Shown: positions 27,288-40,780, counted from the first letter of the stretch. The stretch: 64,000 nucleotides of DNA from Eledone cirrhosa (GCA_964016885.1 OZ024740.1:139810001-139874000), one strand, 5' to 3'. Numbers and translations are program-made. Notes: generated by a model from the sequence alone, not told the origin.

Positions 27288-28925
27288 CTAGCAGTATAGC
27301 CCGGCATTGCTCGGGTTTGTTCATTTGCTATGAAAAGTTACATACAGGTAAACGTGGCTTGAAAGCGAGTAATCTTATCAATTAAGTGCATAAAGCAGTT
27401 AAACCGGTTATTAATAGTTACGAACCAATTACCATTTTGGACAATCAATGATGGGTTAATAATCTTCCAATATCGAATTTAGTAGACCAAAGTTGCAAGA
27501 TGGTGGCCCTGATGCCGCTGGGTGTTACATCTGTCCGCCATGGGTGACCCTACCAGGAAATAGTTTTCCAGACGGCATAGCTCCAACACCTCCAACACCT
27601 GCACCAACATCAATAGCACCTCTTTGAAGACGATATTGCGTGTCATCCCTTGAGGGGTGTAAGCAAAAAGTCCATTAATGCTCCCTACGCGGGAACAGGC
27701 AACATAAAGTTGGCCATGGGAGAAGCATGGCTCCCCCAAATGGATGCCCGCCACCGACAATGTTTGCCCTTGTGACTTGTTTATGGACATGGCAAAACAT
27801 GGTCTCACCGGGAATTGGGATCGCCGGAAATCGAACGGGATATCTGACGCTGAGGGGAATAGGTTCATCCTTGGCAGTGTATTCGGCAGAATTGCCAGAA
27901 GTACAACACTATGGCTGTTGTCATATTAATATTTAACCAATTAAAGTCGTAAAAAATAAATAATTAAAACATTCCGATTCATATGTCTATAGCATTAATC
28001 TGTTATATGAAGTGTTATTTTGCGGGTTGTTATTTGCAATAAGCCGATTTAAAATGCCCCAGAAAAGCCGTATGTCAATACGGTACTTCAATGACTCCCC
28101 CAGCAGTTAAATTATAGAGAGGGGGAATAATCTATTATAGAGAGAGGGAAGAGCGCCGGAGAGAGTAAAGCTAAGAAACTATAGCGAGGTGTGTAAAACA
28201 GTGTTGTCATATAGAGAGTGAAGAGCGACAGAGAGAGTAAAGCAGTTAAATTATATAGAGGGGGAATGATTTATATAGAGAGAGGGAAGAGCGACGGAGA
28301 GAGTAAAGCTAAGAAACTATAGGGAGGTGTGTTAAACCTCAAAGCATGAAGAGAGTAAAGCAGTTAAATTATAGAGAGGGGGAATAATCTATTATAGAGA
28401 GAGGGAAGAGCGACGGAGAGAGTAAAGCTATGTTTGTTGTATAAATTGATGGATTGCTTAGTTTTCAAAGTTTATGTCGCGTTCCTGAACGAAGTTTTGT
28501 CGCTGTTGTAAACTGTAATGGTGATAGGGTAGTAGAGGGGGCATTAACATTTTAAAGAGAGTTGCAGAGGAGATTTAGAGGGGAGTAGAGGGAGGGATGA
28601 ACCTTTTAAAGAGAGTTGCAGAGAAGATTGAGAGGGGAGTAGAGGGAGGGATGAACCTTTTAAAGAGAGTTGCAACATGTATGTAGTTTCATAGATTGTT
28701 GAGGGTAGTAGAGAGAGGGATTAAGCGTGTAAGAGAGAGGGTTACAGCATGTATTTAGTTTTATCGATGTTTTTCATAGAAGCAGGACATTTTTGGCAAA
28801 GTTTATTACGCGTTGACCATTGTTGGTAAAATTTGGAACACATTGGAAAAAAATCATCAAAATCGGTAGAGAAATGTGGAAATTCATAAAAATCATACAC
28901 AGACGCAGACAGCCATCTTCCGATC
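27288..28925 (-). mobile_element. Internally deleted Helitron
   Basis: 3' hairpin CCCGAGCAATGCCGGG plus CTAG|T at 27288; helicase remnant just upstream; internal tandem repeats at 28100-28430 and 28545-28680; TGTCTGCGTCTGTG...CCGATTTTGATG 5' region. Confidence 0.8.
27610..27890 (-). pseudogene. Helitron RepHel PIF1-family helicase C-terminal fragment
   Basis: FRRSQFPVRPCFAMSINKSQGQTLSVAGIHLGEPCFSHGQLYVACSRV...TRNIVFKEVL corresponds to PIF1 motifs V/VI and a Helitron-type C-terminus. Confidence 0.9.
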
Positions 28926-29559
28926 ATGGAATACCACGAGTGTGCCAGTTACGTAAGTCGGATATTTGATTTCGGATTCATAGAAACACTTTAAACATAT
29001 AACGTTTGATTTGTCCAGGTGTATCTTTTCAACCTGTTAGTTTTTTCGTTACTTTGGTATTTTGCCTACCACAATGTTCAATTTGTCAAGCTATTTAAAC
29101 GTATGTTATTACTCTAAGGACCTACCCTTATTAAGTGCTTTGCTAACTCATTCATATTGTAGGTCGACTTTGCTTGCTCACAGCCAAAGATTCGATTTTA
29201 CTAAGCCTCCACTTATATTATATATATATATATATAAATATATATATATATGTTTGTGTGCATGTGTGTGTTTAATGAGATGTTCTACGTACACGTGTAC
29301 TTATAACGGTCAAACGGTAGCTGAATGAGCACTCAATGCATGTAACCAGATTATAGGTTATAATTTATGAAGAAAAATCTTTTAGTGACTTCGAAGTGAC
29401 GGTGCTCTTACCTATTGAAGCTATATATTTAGTTACAAAGAAACATTTACTGAAAATAGAAACAAATGTATTGATGACGTTAGAACGACTTTTATATTAG
29501 ATCTGTTCAATCAGTGTTGATCCATGGCTAAATAACAGGGACCACATTATTATTAACAT

Positions 29560-29700
29560 GCATAGTTACGTCCCTTTACGGTCTGAGTTCAAATGCCGCC
29601 GAGGTTAACTTTGCCTTTCATCCTTACGGAGTCGATAAAATAACGTACCAGTAATGTACTAGGTAATTGCTGACCTTGTGCCCAAAGTACAAACAATTAT
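29560..29700 (+). mobile_element. tRNA-derived SINE
   Basis: GAGTTCAAAT B box plus family body. Confidence 0.8.
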
Positions 29701-30169
29701 TAACATGCTTGTACATATACAGAACGTTGAGATATCAACCCGCTTTCTCAATGATAGAAATTAAACTGCTTGCTACTTACAATCTCATTTTTATATCCTT
29801 GTTCAAGCAGAGAAAATTTGAAATGTGGACACGGGCATGGCCAATAGACTTACGACGTTTACCTTGTAACCATGAGGTTCCGGATTTGATCTCAATGTGC
29901 GGTAACATGGGTACATAATCAATTTTACCATAACTTCGAATTACCAATAACTTGTGGGGAAATTTTGATAGACTGTTTGATGAGAGGCACTACTCATATT
30001 TTTCGTTCTTGATGCATTCAGATATGAGAACTTACACCGTTTTAGGGAAATACATACGGGCCTTTAAAGATAGTAACATAAACTGAAATATTAAATCGGA
30101 ATCATTGAAAAAGTGGTTCGAAATCCTCCAGTGAATAATCTCAATTCCAAGAGTGATTTTTTTTAAATG

Positions 30170-30600
30170 TTCTCATTTTAGAAAGTATCTACATATTTCC
30201 AGGGGATGCAGATTTCCAGACCACCAGCCATTCCAGGAAATGAGCCCATTGTATTTGACAACTTTCTTCAGCCCGATACATGATTTTCTTCCACTATACA
30301 ACCTTCTTGGAAATATCAATCTTTTGTCCAATATCCATACCACTGAGCGGCATGCTGTGATTGACGCTCCCTTTCAAGATTCTTCACCTTTAGATACAGC
30401 CCTTTTCAATAATATACATCATGTTGATCAAAATGTACTAGTTGCACAACGCACAATTACCCCTGGCCTGTCTCTTTCCTTTTCTGTTTGCAGATAACGT
30501 ACAGTTCTCGAAATTTCTCGCAAGCCAATTGTAAACATTTTATGATCCAAGAAAATGCCGATCAGACATGAGATATATTAACTCCATTAAAAGATCTGAA
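30170..30600 (-). pseudogene. Possible heavily decayed Tc1/mariner transposase
   Basis: - strand fragments GVIVRCATS, GASITACRSVVW and WNGWWSGNLHPLEICRYFLK occur in the order of the Tc1 motifs SVMVW, DGAPxH and WPxxSPDLNPIE; similarity is weak. Confidence 0.3.
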
Positions 30601-30638
30601 TCTGGCGTGAACTCACCCAGTAACATCAATGTTGTGTA

Positions 30639-30704
<66 letters not shown>

Positions 30705-30989
30705 CAAAGTTGCAGGTGATCAAAAAAAAAAGTACGTGGGATAAACGAACAAAAGCATACAACTTCCTCTTCAGCCATCTCTGGGCAATGCAATTTCGTG
30801 CAAAAGTGTGGAATTCATAATACTGAACTCAGCTTGCACGAAGACTTAAATCAAGCCGCCGGAGGGATGCATATAAGACAACACAACATAGAGATAGAGG
30901 ACATTAAGTGAGTGTCTTTCGACTAGGAAAGGATTCGGTGCGTGGAATTCGCAGTGAAGACTGTATTTAACTTCCTATGGATTACCACA

Positions 30990-31065
<76 letters not shown>

Positions 31066-31081
31066 TACATACATACATACA

Positions 31082-31117
<36 letters not shown>

Positions 31118-31591
31118 TGATATATATACACACGAACATATACACATACAAACCAAACTGCGGATGTTGGGGCGTAGAGACACTGCTAATGTTTTTCCCT
31201 CGCCCTTTGATCTCATTATACAACCTCTTTCCTTTTTCTCTCTGTTACTCTTTTCATTATGTCTTTTTCCCTCTCTTTTTGTCCCTCACCATTTCTCTCT
31301 CTCTCTCTCTCACTATCCTCGGTTATTCTATCTCTTTCCTTCTCACTTTATCTACCATTTTATATTTGATCCCTGGTTAAGACCCCCTTATTCATACTAC
31401 TTGAGAAGGTGCTAAGCTCTGTTGCAGCCTTGTCGTCTGCTTGGCACCCTTGTGTTTTTTGTTTTAATTGTTTTTCCGGTTGCTAAGATATAAAGATGGG
31501 AGGTGAAGGCATAAGAGAATTATTAGAGAAACAGAGAGGGAGAAAGGAAGGATCTATCCATCTATATATCCGTTTGTCTATCTATCTATCT

Positions 31592-34500
31592 AAGCGACGC
31601 AAACAACACAAACAAAAACACCCCCTCCTGAAAACAAAACACCAACTAAAAAACGTAAACACACACAAGAACCACAAACAAAAAGCAACTCAACACAACA
31701 AAAATGTTACATCTACATAAATACTAACAATAAAACTTTAACAGACACCATATATAGAAGCCCTTCGGTGGAGACCGAAGGGAAAACTTTTACACACTCT
31801 TCGTAGAATCCTAATCTTAAAATGATTAGGACCTCCATGGACACGCATAAACAGTTAAAAGAAAAATTTCCTAACGATGTAGGTAATCTCTGCGTCAAAC
31901 CCTACAATCGAGTCCTATTAAAATGTTTCCCCACCCCCACTCCCATCCCACCAAACACCCCCTCCCCACCAAACATCTCTGCCCCACCCCTCCAGAGACC
32001 ACCACCCCACCAAACAACCCCTCCAACACCCCCATGGAAATTGTGCAGCCAGGTCCCCAGGAGACGAAGAGGAGAGTGATTTCTTTTCCTCTTCTGTTAA
32101 CTTTTCAGCACCAACATGGCCAATGTAAGAGTTGGATGTGTGAATTTTAAGCGGCCTGGGGATGCCCTGGAAACAGGGCAAACTCTTAAACGACCTCAGG
32201 TCGCACACTATGGATGTAGTAGCCATTTGCGAGTCCAGGATCCACGGCGAGCGACAGCTGGCCCCCATCTTCGATGACTTTGAGATCTACGCATCTCTCT
32301 GTCAACCGGGGGGTGGGGGCGGAGTTGCCGTTTTGCTGCGGAAACACCTGGGCCTCGTAACACAGACGGTACATCTGGACCCGGAGGGTCGACTGGTGGT
32401 CCTAGACGTTGACGGTAGTGAAGGTGGAGCGTTCAGGCTGGTGGCCGCATATGCCCCATCCGGGACACCGCGGCCAGACTTCTTCAAACGTCTAGAGACT
32501 TTTCTGGGAACGTCCCGCTCCTTGCTTTTAGTGGGGGACTGGAATGGAATCCTAGATGCACGTTGGGACTATGTGGGAGCATGTCCCGATAAAGGGGGGT
32601 GTAACAGCCTCAAACAGTTAATCGACCGATTTGACCTGGCCGATAGATATCGACTAGATTTTCCGACTGCGCCACTGTGGACGTGGAGTAATCGTAGCGG
32701 AACATCTAGATCGTACCTAGATAGGGTTCTAGTTAGAAATAAGGATAGGGACATGTTAAGCTGTCCACAAATGTTCATGGTTGCCTATTCAGATCACAAA
32801 CTAGTGACCTGCATGGCGAACCTTGAAAGAACCCATAGACAAGGACCCGGCTACTGGAAGCTGAACTTGTCGTTACCGACAAGCAAAGCCTACAGTAGAC
32901 GGATTAGCACTTTAGTTAAACAGCACTTGACAGGGGCCATTGTCAACAACAGATGGTGGTACTCTCTCAAGAGGGCAGTTAGATTAGACTCGATAGTTTT
33001 TAGTAAAGAATTAGCGTTAGATAGAAATAGAACCGAGAAGGAACTGGTAGATAAAGTAGAAGAGGCAATTAGAAGTGGCAACGTAGCCAGCGTGCTAGCA
33101 ACGAGAACGGCCTTGGACCAGTTCTTCGACGCAAAGCACGAGGGCTGCGTTGTCAGAAGCAAAATACGTGCTCTGGGAAACGAGGGAGCCAAAGCTGTTA
33201 GCTGGGCCCGAGTGACGGAGGCAAAAAGTGGCAACAAGTCCACGATTCGGTCTTTGAAGGACCAAAACGGACGCGTGATACGTGAGCCGAAGCAGATGTG
33301 TGCGGCTTTTCAGCGGCACTTTGCTCGGCTGTTCGGGGGGAGCGGCGCGCCGGGAGAGGCTATGGATTTCGGTCCATACCTCGACGTCCTACCGCGACTC
33401 TCGGACAGCGAGGAGAAGTTCTGCGAAAAGCCGATTTCAGCCACTGAGATAGGGGACGCGCTGAGCCAATGCGGCAAACGCAAATCTCCAGGTCTCGACG
33501 GTCTACCCTACGAATTTTACGTAGCAATGCCGGACTTATTCTCCGGTCTCCTGGAAGCGGTCTACTGCAACTGGCAACAGAACGGGAGAATTCCCAGTTC
33601 TGTAACCGGGGGCGTAATCACACTAATCAGGAAGGACGAGAATAAGGGGGATGACATAGGCAACTTCCGGCCCATAACTCTGCTAAACACAGAGTTACAG
33701 ATTTTGGCCAAGGTGTTGGCAAAGAGGCTGGCGCTTGTCGTCGAGAACCTGGTGGGAGAAGCGCAGACATGCGCGATCCCGACCAGGTCCATACACGACA
33801 ACCTCCACCTCATGCGATACATCATAGAGAGGGTAGGGTGTAAACCCGGCTTCGGTGGGGCCCTGATCAACTTGGATCAGTCTAAGGCTTTCGATAGGGT
33901 TGACCATCGTTACCTGGATGCGGTGCTCGAGGCGGCAGGCTTCGGACCCGTGTTCAGGGGCTGGATTGCTGCAATGCACAACAGCAACATCTGCTCAAGG
34001 GTCAAGGTGAACGGTTACCTCTCGGAGCCGTTCCATATTACGCGATCCATTCGACAGGGATGCCCTCTCTCCTCCCTTCTGTACGTACTGACTCTCGAGC
34101 CACTACTGCGGAAGCTGGAGCTATTGCAGGGCATCCCTCTGGAACCGGGACTGCGGAAAGCGGCGTCGGCCTAAGCCGACGACGTGACAGTAATGGTGTC
34201 GAGCGCCTCGCAAATCGAGGAAGTCGGCACCTTACTAAAGGAATACGAAAGTCTCACAGGAGCGAAGCTGAACCGGGACAAGTCCATCGGTTTGCAACTC
34301 GGATCGTGGAGAGGCAAACCGATGCCTTCCGATGGCGTCGTCGGACGCTGGACGGAAGGGCCGGTAAAGCTGCTCGGGGTCTGGTTTGGTCCGGACCTCC
34401 AGGTGGAGAAGAACTGGAACGAAGTGACGGCCAAGGTGTTTGCACTCACCCAGAAGTGGGCCGAGTGCAAACTATCCTTGAAAGGTCGAGCGGAGGTGGC

Positions 34501-35793
34501 GAACACTTTTATAGCGTCCGCCATCTACTACCGCTTGACCGTCGTGCCTTCTCCAGCGTAAACGCTCGCCAAAATGGAGCGCGCGCTCTTCCGATTCCTT
34601 TGGAAGAGGCGGGCTCCTTTGGTGAGAAGATCCATCTGCTGCCAACACCCTTCTAACGGAGGGCTGGGGATGCCGTGGTTGACGATGCGCAAACACGCGC
34701 TCAGGCTGCGGCATCTCTACGTATTCCTCACCGGACAACCGGTGTGGGCCCCGTTCGTGAGGCGAGCCTTCCCACGACTCGTCTCGCTGACCGAGCTGCA
34801 GTCCTGGGTCAAGCAGAGACCGAGGAAAATGGGCGACTGGCACATCGAATGTGCTCAGGCGCTCACAGCCCTCTGGCAGGCGGACCCGGCGATCAGTGGA
34901 GACTCCACTTCGTCATTCTATAGAGGGTTGGTCCGCAGCAAGTGCGACGACGCGCTCGGTGAAACTCTAGGCGTAGAGGAAGATGAACTGGGCAGTCTGT
35001 TCGGTAGGACCTTCCGCCCGGGACCGATGGACAACTTCCAAAAGTCCCTGGCCTGGCAGTGCTACCGAGGAGCTCTACCAGTTCGAGACAAGCTCTACAG
35101 ACATGGGCGCCCGGGCAGGGACCCTGCAAAAAAGATCTGTCCGAGGTGCGTGCGAGACGAAGAAACCGTCGCGCACGCATTCATACACTGCCCGGGCGTC
35201 ACTGACCTGTGGGGCTATGTAGAACGACTATTGTCGCGGGTGGGACCAATCCAGTTGACCACCGAGTCCATTGTCATGATCAAACCGCCACCCTCCTTCA
35301 AAAACGAAGGAGAGGCGGTTTTCCTTTGTGTCATAGCTATGGCGAAAGAGGTTGTATGGTGGACAAGGTTGAAAGGGCTGAGGTCAGACACCTTTCTCTC
35401 CGCCCAACAACTGATTCTTTTTTTCAAATACCACTTTGGAAGAAGAATCAGGATGGAGAGAGAGGTGCTGTTCCCCAGCAAGTTTTATGAAAGGTGGGTG
35501 AAAGTGGCGAGAATGGCCCGAGTGAATGGGCCTTCTCTCTATATCAGCCTGTAGGTTGAGGAAAAGGAGGAGGAGAGGAAAGGAGTACAAGCTCTTCGTA
35601 CTCCTGGAGATGAGGGTTGCACATTGTTTTCGGGGGTATGTGTTACCCATATAAACTGTCTCCCTCTATTGGGGTAAATCGACTAACTTTTAAATTCCAT
35701 CTGTGATAACATTTTACACGTTTTTATTGTATGTAAACTTCCCCCTTTGTATTTGTCCCCTTCTTTTGTGCCCCTGTGGCTAATAAAGAAATA
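31592..35793 (+). mobile_element. Tx1-clade (L1 group) non-LTR retrotransposon, 5'-truncated, inserted in (TATC)n
   Basis: ORF1 tail, complete ORF2 and a 3'UTR ending TGTGGCTAATAAAGAAATA; (TCTA)n on both sides. Confidence 0.92.
32116..35554 (+). pseudogene. ORF2: APE endonuclease, reverse transcriptase and C-terminal zinc finger (disrupted)
   Basis: APE motifs GDWN, SYLDRVL, SDHK; RT motifs KSPGLDG, NFRPITLLN, DQSKAFDRVDH, RQGCPLS; YADD is broken by TAA at 34172-34174, with a second stop at 34559-34561; CPRC-x8-H-x4-C finger. Confidence 0.93.
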
Positions 35794-36481
35794 TATCTAT
35801 CTATCTATATATCTATCTATCTATCTACACCTCTATCTATCTATCTATCTACATCTCTATCTATTTAGAGACAGTCAGGGTAGACAGTCACAAGCATAGC
35901 GACAGACAGACATATATATATGTTTATGTGTTTGTTAAGAGTAATGTCAACAATAAAAAAAAGAATGCTCTATACATAAAGTCAATGATAATATTTATAT
36001 ACTTCGTACACACGTTGTTACATCTTGTACCTAATGTTTCCATGAAGTAACAAATCATGTAAAACTGCAAGTGACAGCTATTATAATATATATATATATA
36101 TATAACGGAAAAAGCTTTTTTCCGTTCATTACCAGGGGACGTCTTCACGAACCTGTTTTCCTTTGGTTTCAACGGTTTTCGAAATATTTACTTCTGCATT
36201 CACAGATTGATTTTTTTAGCTTCAGAAGATCCCTTTAAGGGTGAAAGCAGCGACTCTTTGTTTAAACTTTAATCTGTTATTTTAATAAATATTTGCTCTA
36301 TGGTTTTTATATATTTGATATATATTCATCCTTATCGAGCCTTCTTCGGATTTTAGTCTTCACATTTATTATTATTACTATATATATATATATATGTAAA
36401 AGATAAACATAAAAAAAACACAATCGGTACAGTATATGGAAGGAATATATTAGGTTAACGCTTGAAATACCAGGGAGAGGG

Positions 36482-36518
36482 TCTTAACGTTTCGGACGCT
36501 AGTCCTTCATCAGAAGAA
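36482..36518 (-). ncRNA. Minimal hammerhead-like motif
   Basis: Reverse complement reads TTCTT-CTGATGA-A-GGAC tagc GTCC-GAAACGTTA-AGA; palindromic AACGTT; stem I register is ambiguous. Confidence 0.5.
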
Positions 36519-36722
36519 ATAATGTGAAATAAGAAAGATTGAAAGGACGGGCGGGTTGGAATTGAAAAAAATGTCTTTAGATAAAAATAACAGGTTGGTA
36601 TCTCTTGGAAAACTGTTGGTGCTGGCGTTTTGAGCATGATTTATTTTTTTTGAAAAGTGGATGATGGAGCGCGTCTATCTGAAATGGAAAAAACCGTTTT
36701 GAAAATCGTGCACGTGTGTATG

Positions 36723-36850
<128 letters not shown>

Positions 36851-37037
36851 CGTGTGTGTGTGTTATACGCCCGTACGAAGCTAAGAAGAAATGTGTGTGT
36901 ATATGTAAGTAAAAGAGTGTATGCGCTTGTAAGTACGAAGCTATGAGCAAAAGTATGATAATATAAGGGTGTGTATGTGTGTATACAGAGCTGTGAAAGG
37001 AAAAGTGGAGTGTGCAGATTTTGTCGGTCTGTATTAG

Positions 37038-37074
<37 letters not shown>

Positions 37075-37413
37075 TTAAAACAATGAAATAAAAAATCAAG
37101 TCAAAAGCTTTTGACAACAGCTGGTCATATGCATGTAAGTAAATATTCTCTTTATCTGATATTTTGTAACTAACCTTACATATCGAAGTATAGTTACGAT
37201 GTATTATCATCACCTAGAAACGATCGTAAAGCAGTGAAGTATATTTCTAATGACTTGATTTTTTATTTCATTGTTTTAACTTATATCATGACTCTGTTTT
37301 CCTTTTAATGTTTTATTGTTTTCCGGGATTTATTTTAACCTACAACATTTTCAACATATGGATTACATTGAGTTCTTCATGCAGATTAGACCCCACAACT
37401 TACCGTGGATATC

Positions 37414-37459
<46 letters not shown>

Positions 37460-37465
<6 letters not shown>

Positions 37466-38115
37466 CTGATTTTTAATGCGATGAAATACCAATGATGGTT
37501 GACAAATCACTGATGAGGGACTAATTTTATAATATGTAATCCATGTGCAACCACGCAGTATTCCTCTCCCCTTGTTTTTCATATATATTTACCTAGACTG
37601 CGATTATCTGTTTCTCTCTTTCTCTCTTACTGCTCCCCCGTTCTCTCTGTTTCTCTTACCTTCTTTCGTCCCCTCTGTCAGTTACACTTTCTCTCAACTG
37701 ACCTCTTCCTCGCACTTGTACACACTCACTCTCTGTTTCTCCCCTTCTCACTTCCTCCCGTTCGCTAGTAGTGGGGTTCCTTCTTTCTCACACCGCATTC
37801 ACGGCGAACGGTCTGCTTCTCTGACCGCTCATGAAATTCACCCAGATTATGCTGATCGGATAACTATCATGTTGCTTGCTGTTTTTCCAACCTTCGGTTT
37901 GCTTTTCCTTCTGTTGTTTACTTGTCTCACTCGCTTTACGCGTTTCACTTGTCCCAATAGCTTATTTTAGTTATTGCTCGCACCAACCTGAGGTATCTGA
38001 TTTTTAATGCGATGAAATACCAATGATGGTTGGCAAATCACTGATGAGGGACTAATTTTATAATATGTAATCCATGTGCAACCACGCAGTATTCCTCTCC
38101 CCTTGTTTTTCATAT
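37460..38115 (+). mobile_element. (TA)n-embedded element with about 125-bp direct terminal repeats (solo copy about 455-560)
   Basis: 37460-37585 and 37992-38117 are nearly identical and flank about 400 bp of pyrimidine-rich sequence; each repeat contains CTGATGA. Confidence 0.7.
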
Positions 38116-38137
38116 ATATATATATATATATAAATAC

Positions 38138-38229
<92 letters not shown>

Positions 38230-38285
38230 ATACTTTGGGAGGGCCATGTTGCCAATAAGAATCTTGGTAAACAAATTCAGAAACG

Positions 38286-38330
<45 letters not shown>

Positions 38331-38470
38331 TTTAAAAGTTAAACAAGGCTCAATGAATAAACCAAAGAATGAGTTTTACAATAGATTGAAAGCACTCAAC
38401 GGTTTGGTTTTCCAGAGTTATTAATATTAATTCAAAATATTAACAAAATAGATATTCTTGTGATCAAGTA

Positions 38471-38537
38471 TATTTTATTATACATATTTCAGAGGTACTG
38501 AGTTAAGTTCAACAGTACGTCCTCATCAGATAAAATA
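38471..38537 (-). ncRNA. Type I hammerhead ribozyme motif
   Basis: Reverse complement reads TATTTTAT-CTGATGA-GGACGTACTG...CAGTACCTCT-GAAA-TATGTA-TA-ATAAAATA; perfect 8-bp stem I. Confidence 0.75.
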
Positions 38538-38655
38538 AGATGATGCATGACATACCCTGACATAGTAGATGGTTAAGATTCAGTCTACCATGACTGAATC
38601 TTAACCATCTACTATGTCAGGGTATGTCCAGAGCATCAATAATTCAAATTTAGAT

Positions 38656-38691
<36 letters not shown>

Positions 38692-38692
38692 G

Positions 38693-39032
38693 GAGAAAGT
38701 GCTCTATATCGTTTGAGTAACACATAGTACTCTGTACATTTATAAGCACATAATATTTAGGAAAAATATGTACTTTAAGGAAGAAAAAGTTCTTCCAACC
38801 TTACGGTATCATTTTATGATTCAAAAACCATCGATTTTTGTTACGGTTTTCGAATCATGAAATGATACCACAAGGAAAGAAGAAGGTTTTCCACGTTGAA
38901 GTACATTCCCCCCTAAATACTATGTGCTATATATATATGTACAAAATACTATGTGCTATATATATATATGTACTAAATACTATGTGCTATAAATACTATG
39001 TGTTTCTCAAATAATATATGGCTCTTTCTCTC
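38693..39032. mobile_element. Diverged foldback/MITE-like element
   Basis: Imperfect inverted arms around about 38835, e.g. GGTATCATTTTATGATTCAAAAACC / GGTTTTCGAATCATGAAATGATACC. Confidence 0.55.
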
Positions 39033-39204
39033 TCTATATATATATATATACATATATCTTTTAATTTCCATCACTGCCATTCACATTCCTCCTTCCTCCC
39101 TCAGTCTCTGACTTCCTTCTTCAATGGACAACATACCCAGGAACACCCCGCAGCCCCCGTCAGGCCACTAACTCACGCCATTCATTGAGAATACAAGGTG
39201 AGAT

Positions 39205-39218
39205 GTCTCCATAGCAAC
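39205..39218. promoter_or_regulatory. RFX X-box motif match
   Basis: GTCTCCATAGCAAC fits the GTHNYY-AT-RRNAAC consensus; no linked gene is visible. Confidence 0.3.
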
Positions 39219-40323
39219 AGAAAGTTTCTTGCCTCCCTTTCCTCTCTAAAAATGTTGCCTCCTTCACTTCGTGTGGCCACTGGTTGTGATGTGAGTGTTA
39301 GGACGGGGAGCTGTATGTGTGAACCCCTCCTCCATTTCACCACTCAAGCAATCTTGACCACAGACCCCTTGATTGTCAAAGTCCACTTAATATTCTAACT
39401 GAATATTGCCGGGTTGAGATAGGAAAGTGTGTGGGGAGGGGTGAAGTAGTTGTCATTTCTGACAATAAAAATAACAATATGTAAAAGAAAATCATCATTA
39501 GCAGCAGCAACAACAACACCACTAATAGTAGCAATACAATTGACTAATGCCGTCTAAATTGCCCCCCAAAGATCATTGCACACAAACTCTTCAGCTTTCT
39601 GCTTGGAATCAAAAGGAAATTAAATTTTTTATGACCAAAGCCGGCAAAATCTTCAACATAATGAAATAAGTTCCAGTGGTACCTGGGTATTTAGCGTCAG
39701 GGGTTGTAATATAATATGCACTACTTCTCATATTTATGCGTCCGATTTGCCTAAATAAAATAATTTTGACTTACAATTATGCAAGCTTACGAAACTAGTT
39801 ATTGACAATTCTTAATCGTGCCACACTAAGAAAATTGCTATGTCCGCATTTTCCACTATACAGTCCACACCCACTCACGCCAAATCACGTAACAGGTCAT
39901 AATATCATAAGCCCCTTTTCCCTATTTTGCATATTTCCACAACGCTGCTACGCGTCAAAGATGTTTAGCGATTTATACAAATTTGTATAAAACAGTAATA
40001 CTTTAAACTTCAGTAATACACCTCTTTGATATCAGTGCCACAGACTACTGCCTAGTTGGCATTAATAGTAGCGCCAGCACTACCTATAACAATAACACAT
40101 ATTCTGAGTTCGATTCGCACAGAGATAGCATTACCTTATTTATTACTCCTTCAGGGTCATCAAATATATCTATATTATTCTGTTTGTCACGACATCTATT
40201 CCAGTGGTACGCTTTTGAAACCATTTAAGGTATTCCGTTTTAAAGAACCTTAACTATTAAAGAAAATCAAACACATACAGGAAAGATTTAACATAAGGTG
40301 GCGAACTAAAAGAATTATTAGGA

Positions 40324-40780
40324 CTAGCAGAAAAACCACCCTACGGGTGGTTTTCTGCTAGCATGCGTAGTGTGTATATTGATATTATACACAAATATAT
40401 ATGCATGTTAATATGATACATCAAATAAAATCGTAATTGACAATATACACAGAAATTGAACAAAGCCTATGTTACACTGTCTTCTGTAATCAGTAATCCA
40501 TGATATATTTTTTAAAAAGACATTATATATAAACTGCATTAGGAGAAAATGTTGACATTTGATAATTTTAGGAGCAGTGTTGATATTTGATAATTTTAAA
40601 GAAGTGAATTTTAAAGATTAAGCTATAAAATATATTTAATCAACAGCCACGAAATTTAGCACATAAATTATGTAATATTCATTCATTATTTATTCAAAGT
40701 AATCCAACTTATTTTACAAACGGGGTAAAAAAATATATTCTGGACGCAATCCCGCAGACCTTCCTTTATTATAGTTAAGA
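40324..40780 (-). mobile_element. Non-autonomous Helitron inserted into a SINE (SINE parts about 40294-40323 and 40781-40895)
   Basis: - strand begins A|TC and ends CCACCCGTAGGGTGG hairpin...CTAG|T; removing it rejoins the SINE head (..ATTAGGA|TGCCGGAC..). Confidence 0.75.

Noticed and set aside
27479-27868. Host PIF1 helicase gene
   Set aside because: Only the C-terminal motifs are present, directly upstream of a Helitron 3' terminus; it is a transposon remnant.
36215-36265. CAGAAGA-hairpin-GAAA hammerhead-like motif (copy at about 19885-19925, - strand)
   Set aside because: U4 is altered and no convincing stem I or stem III is present.
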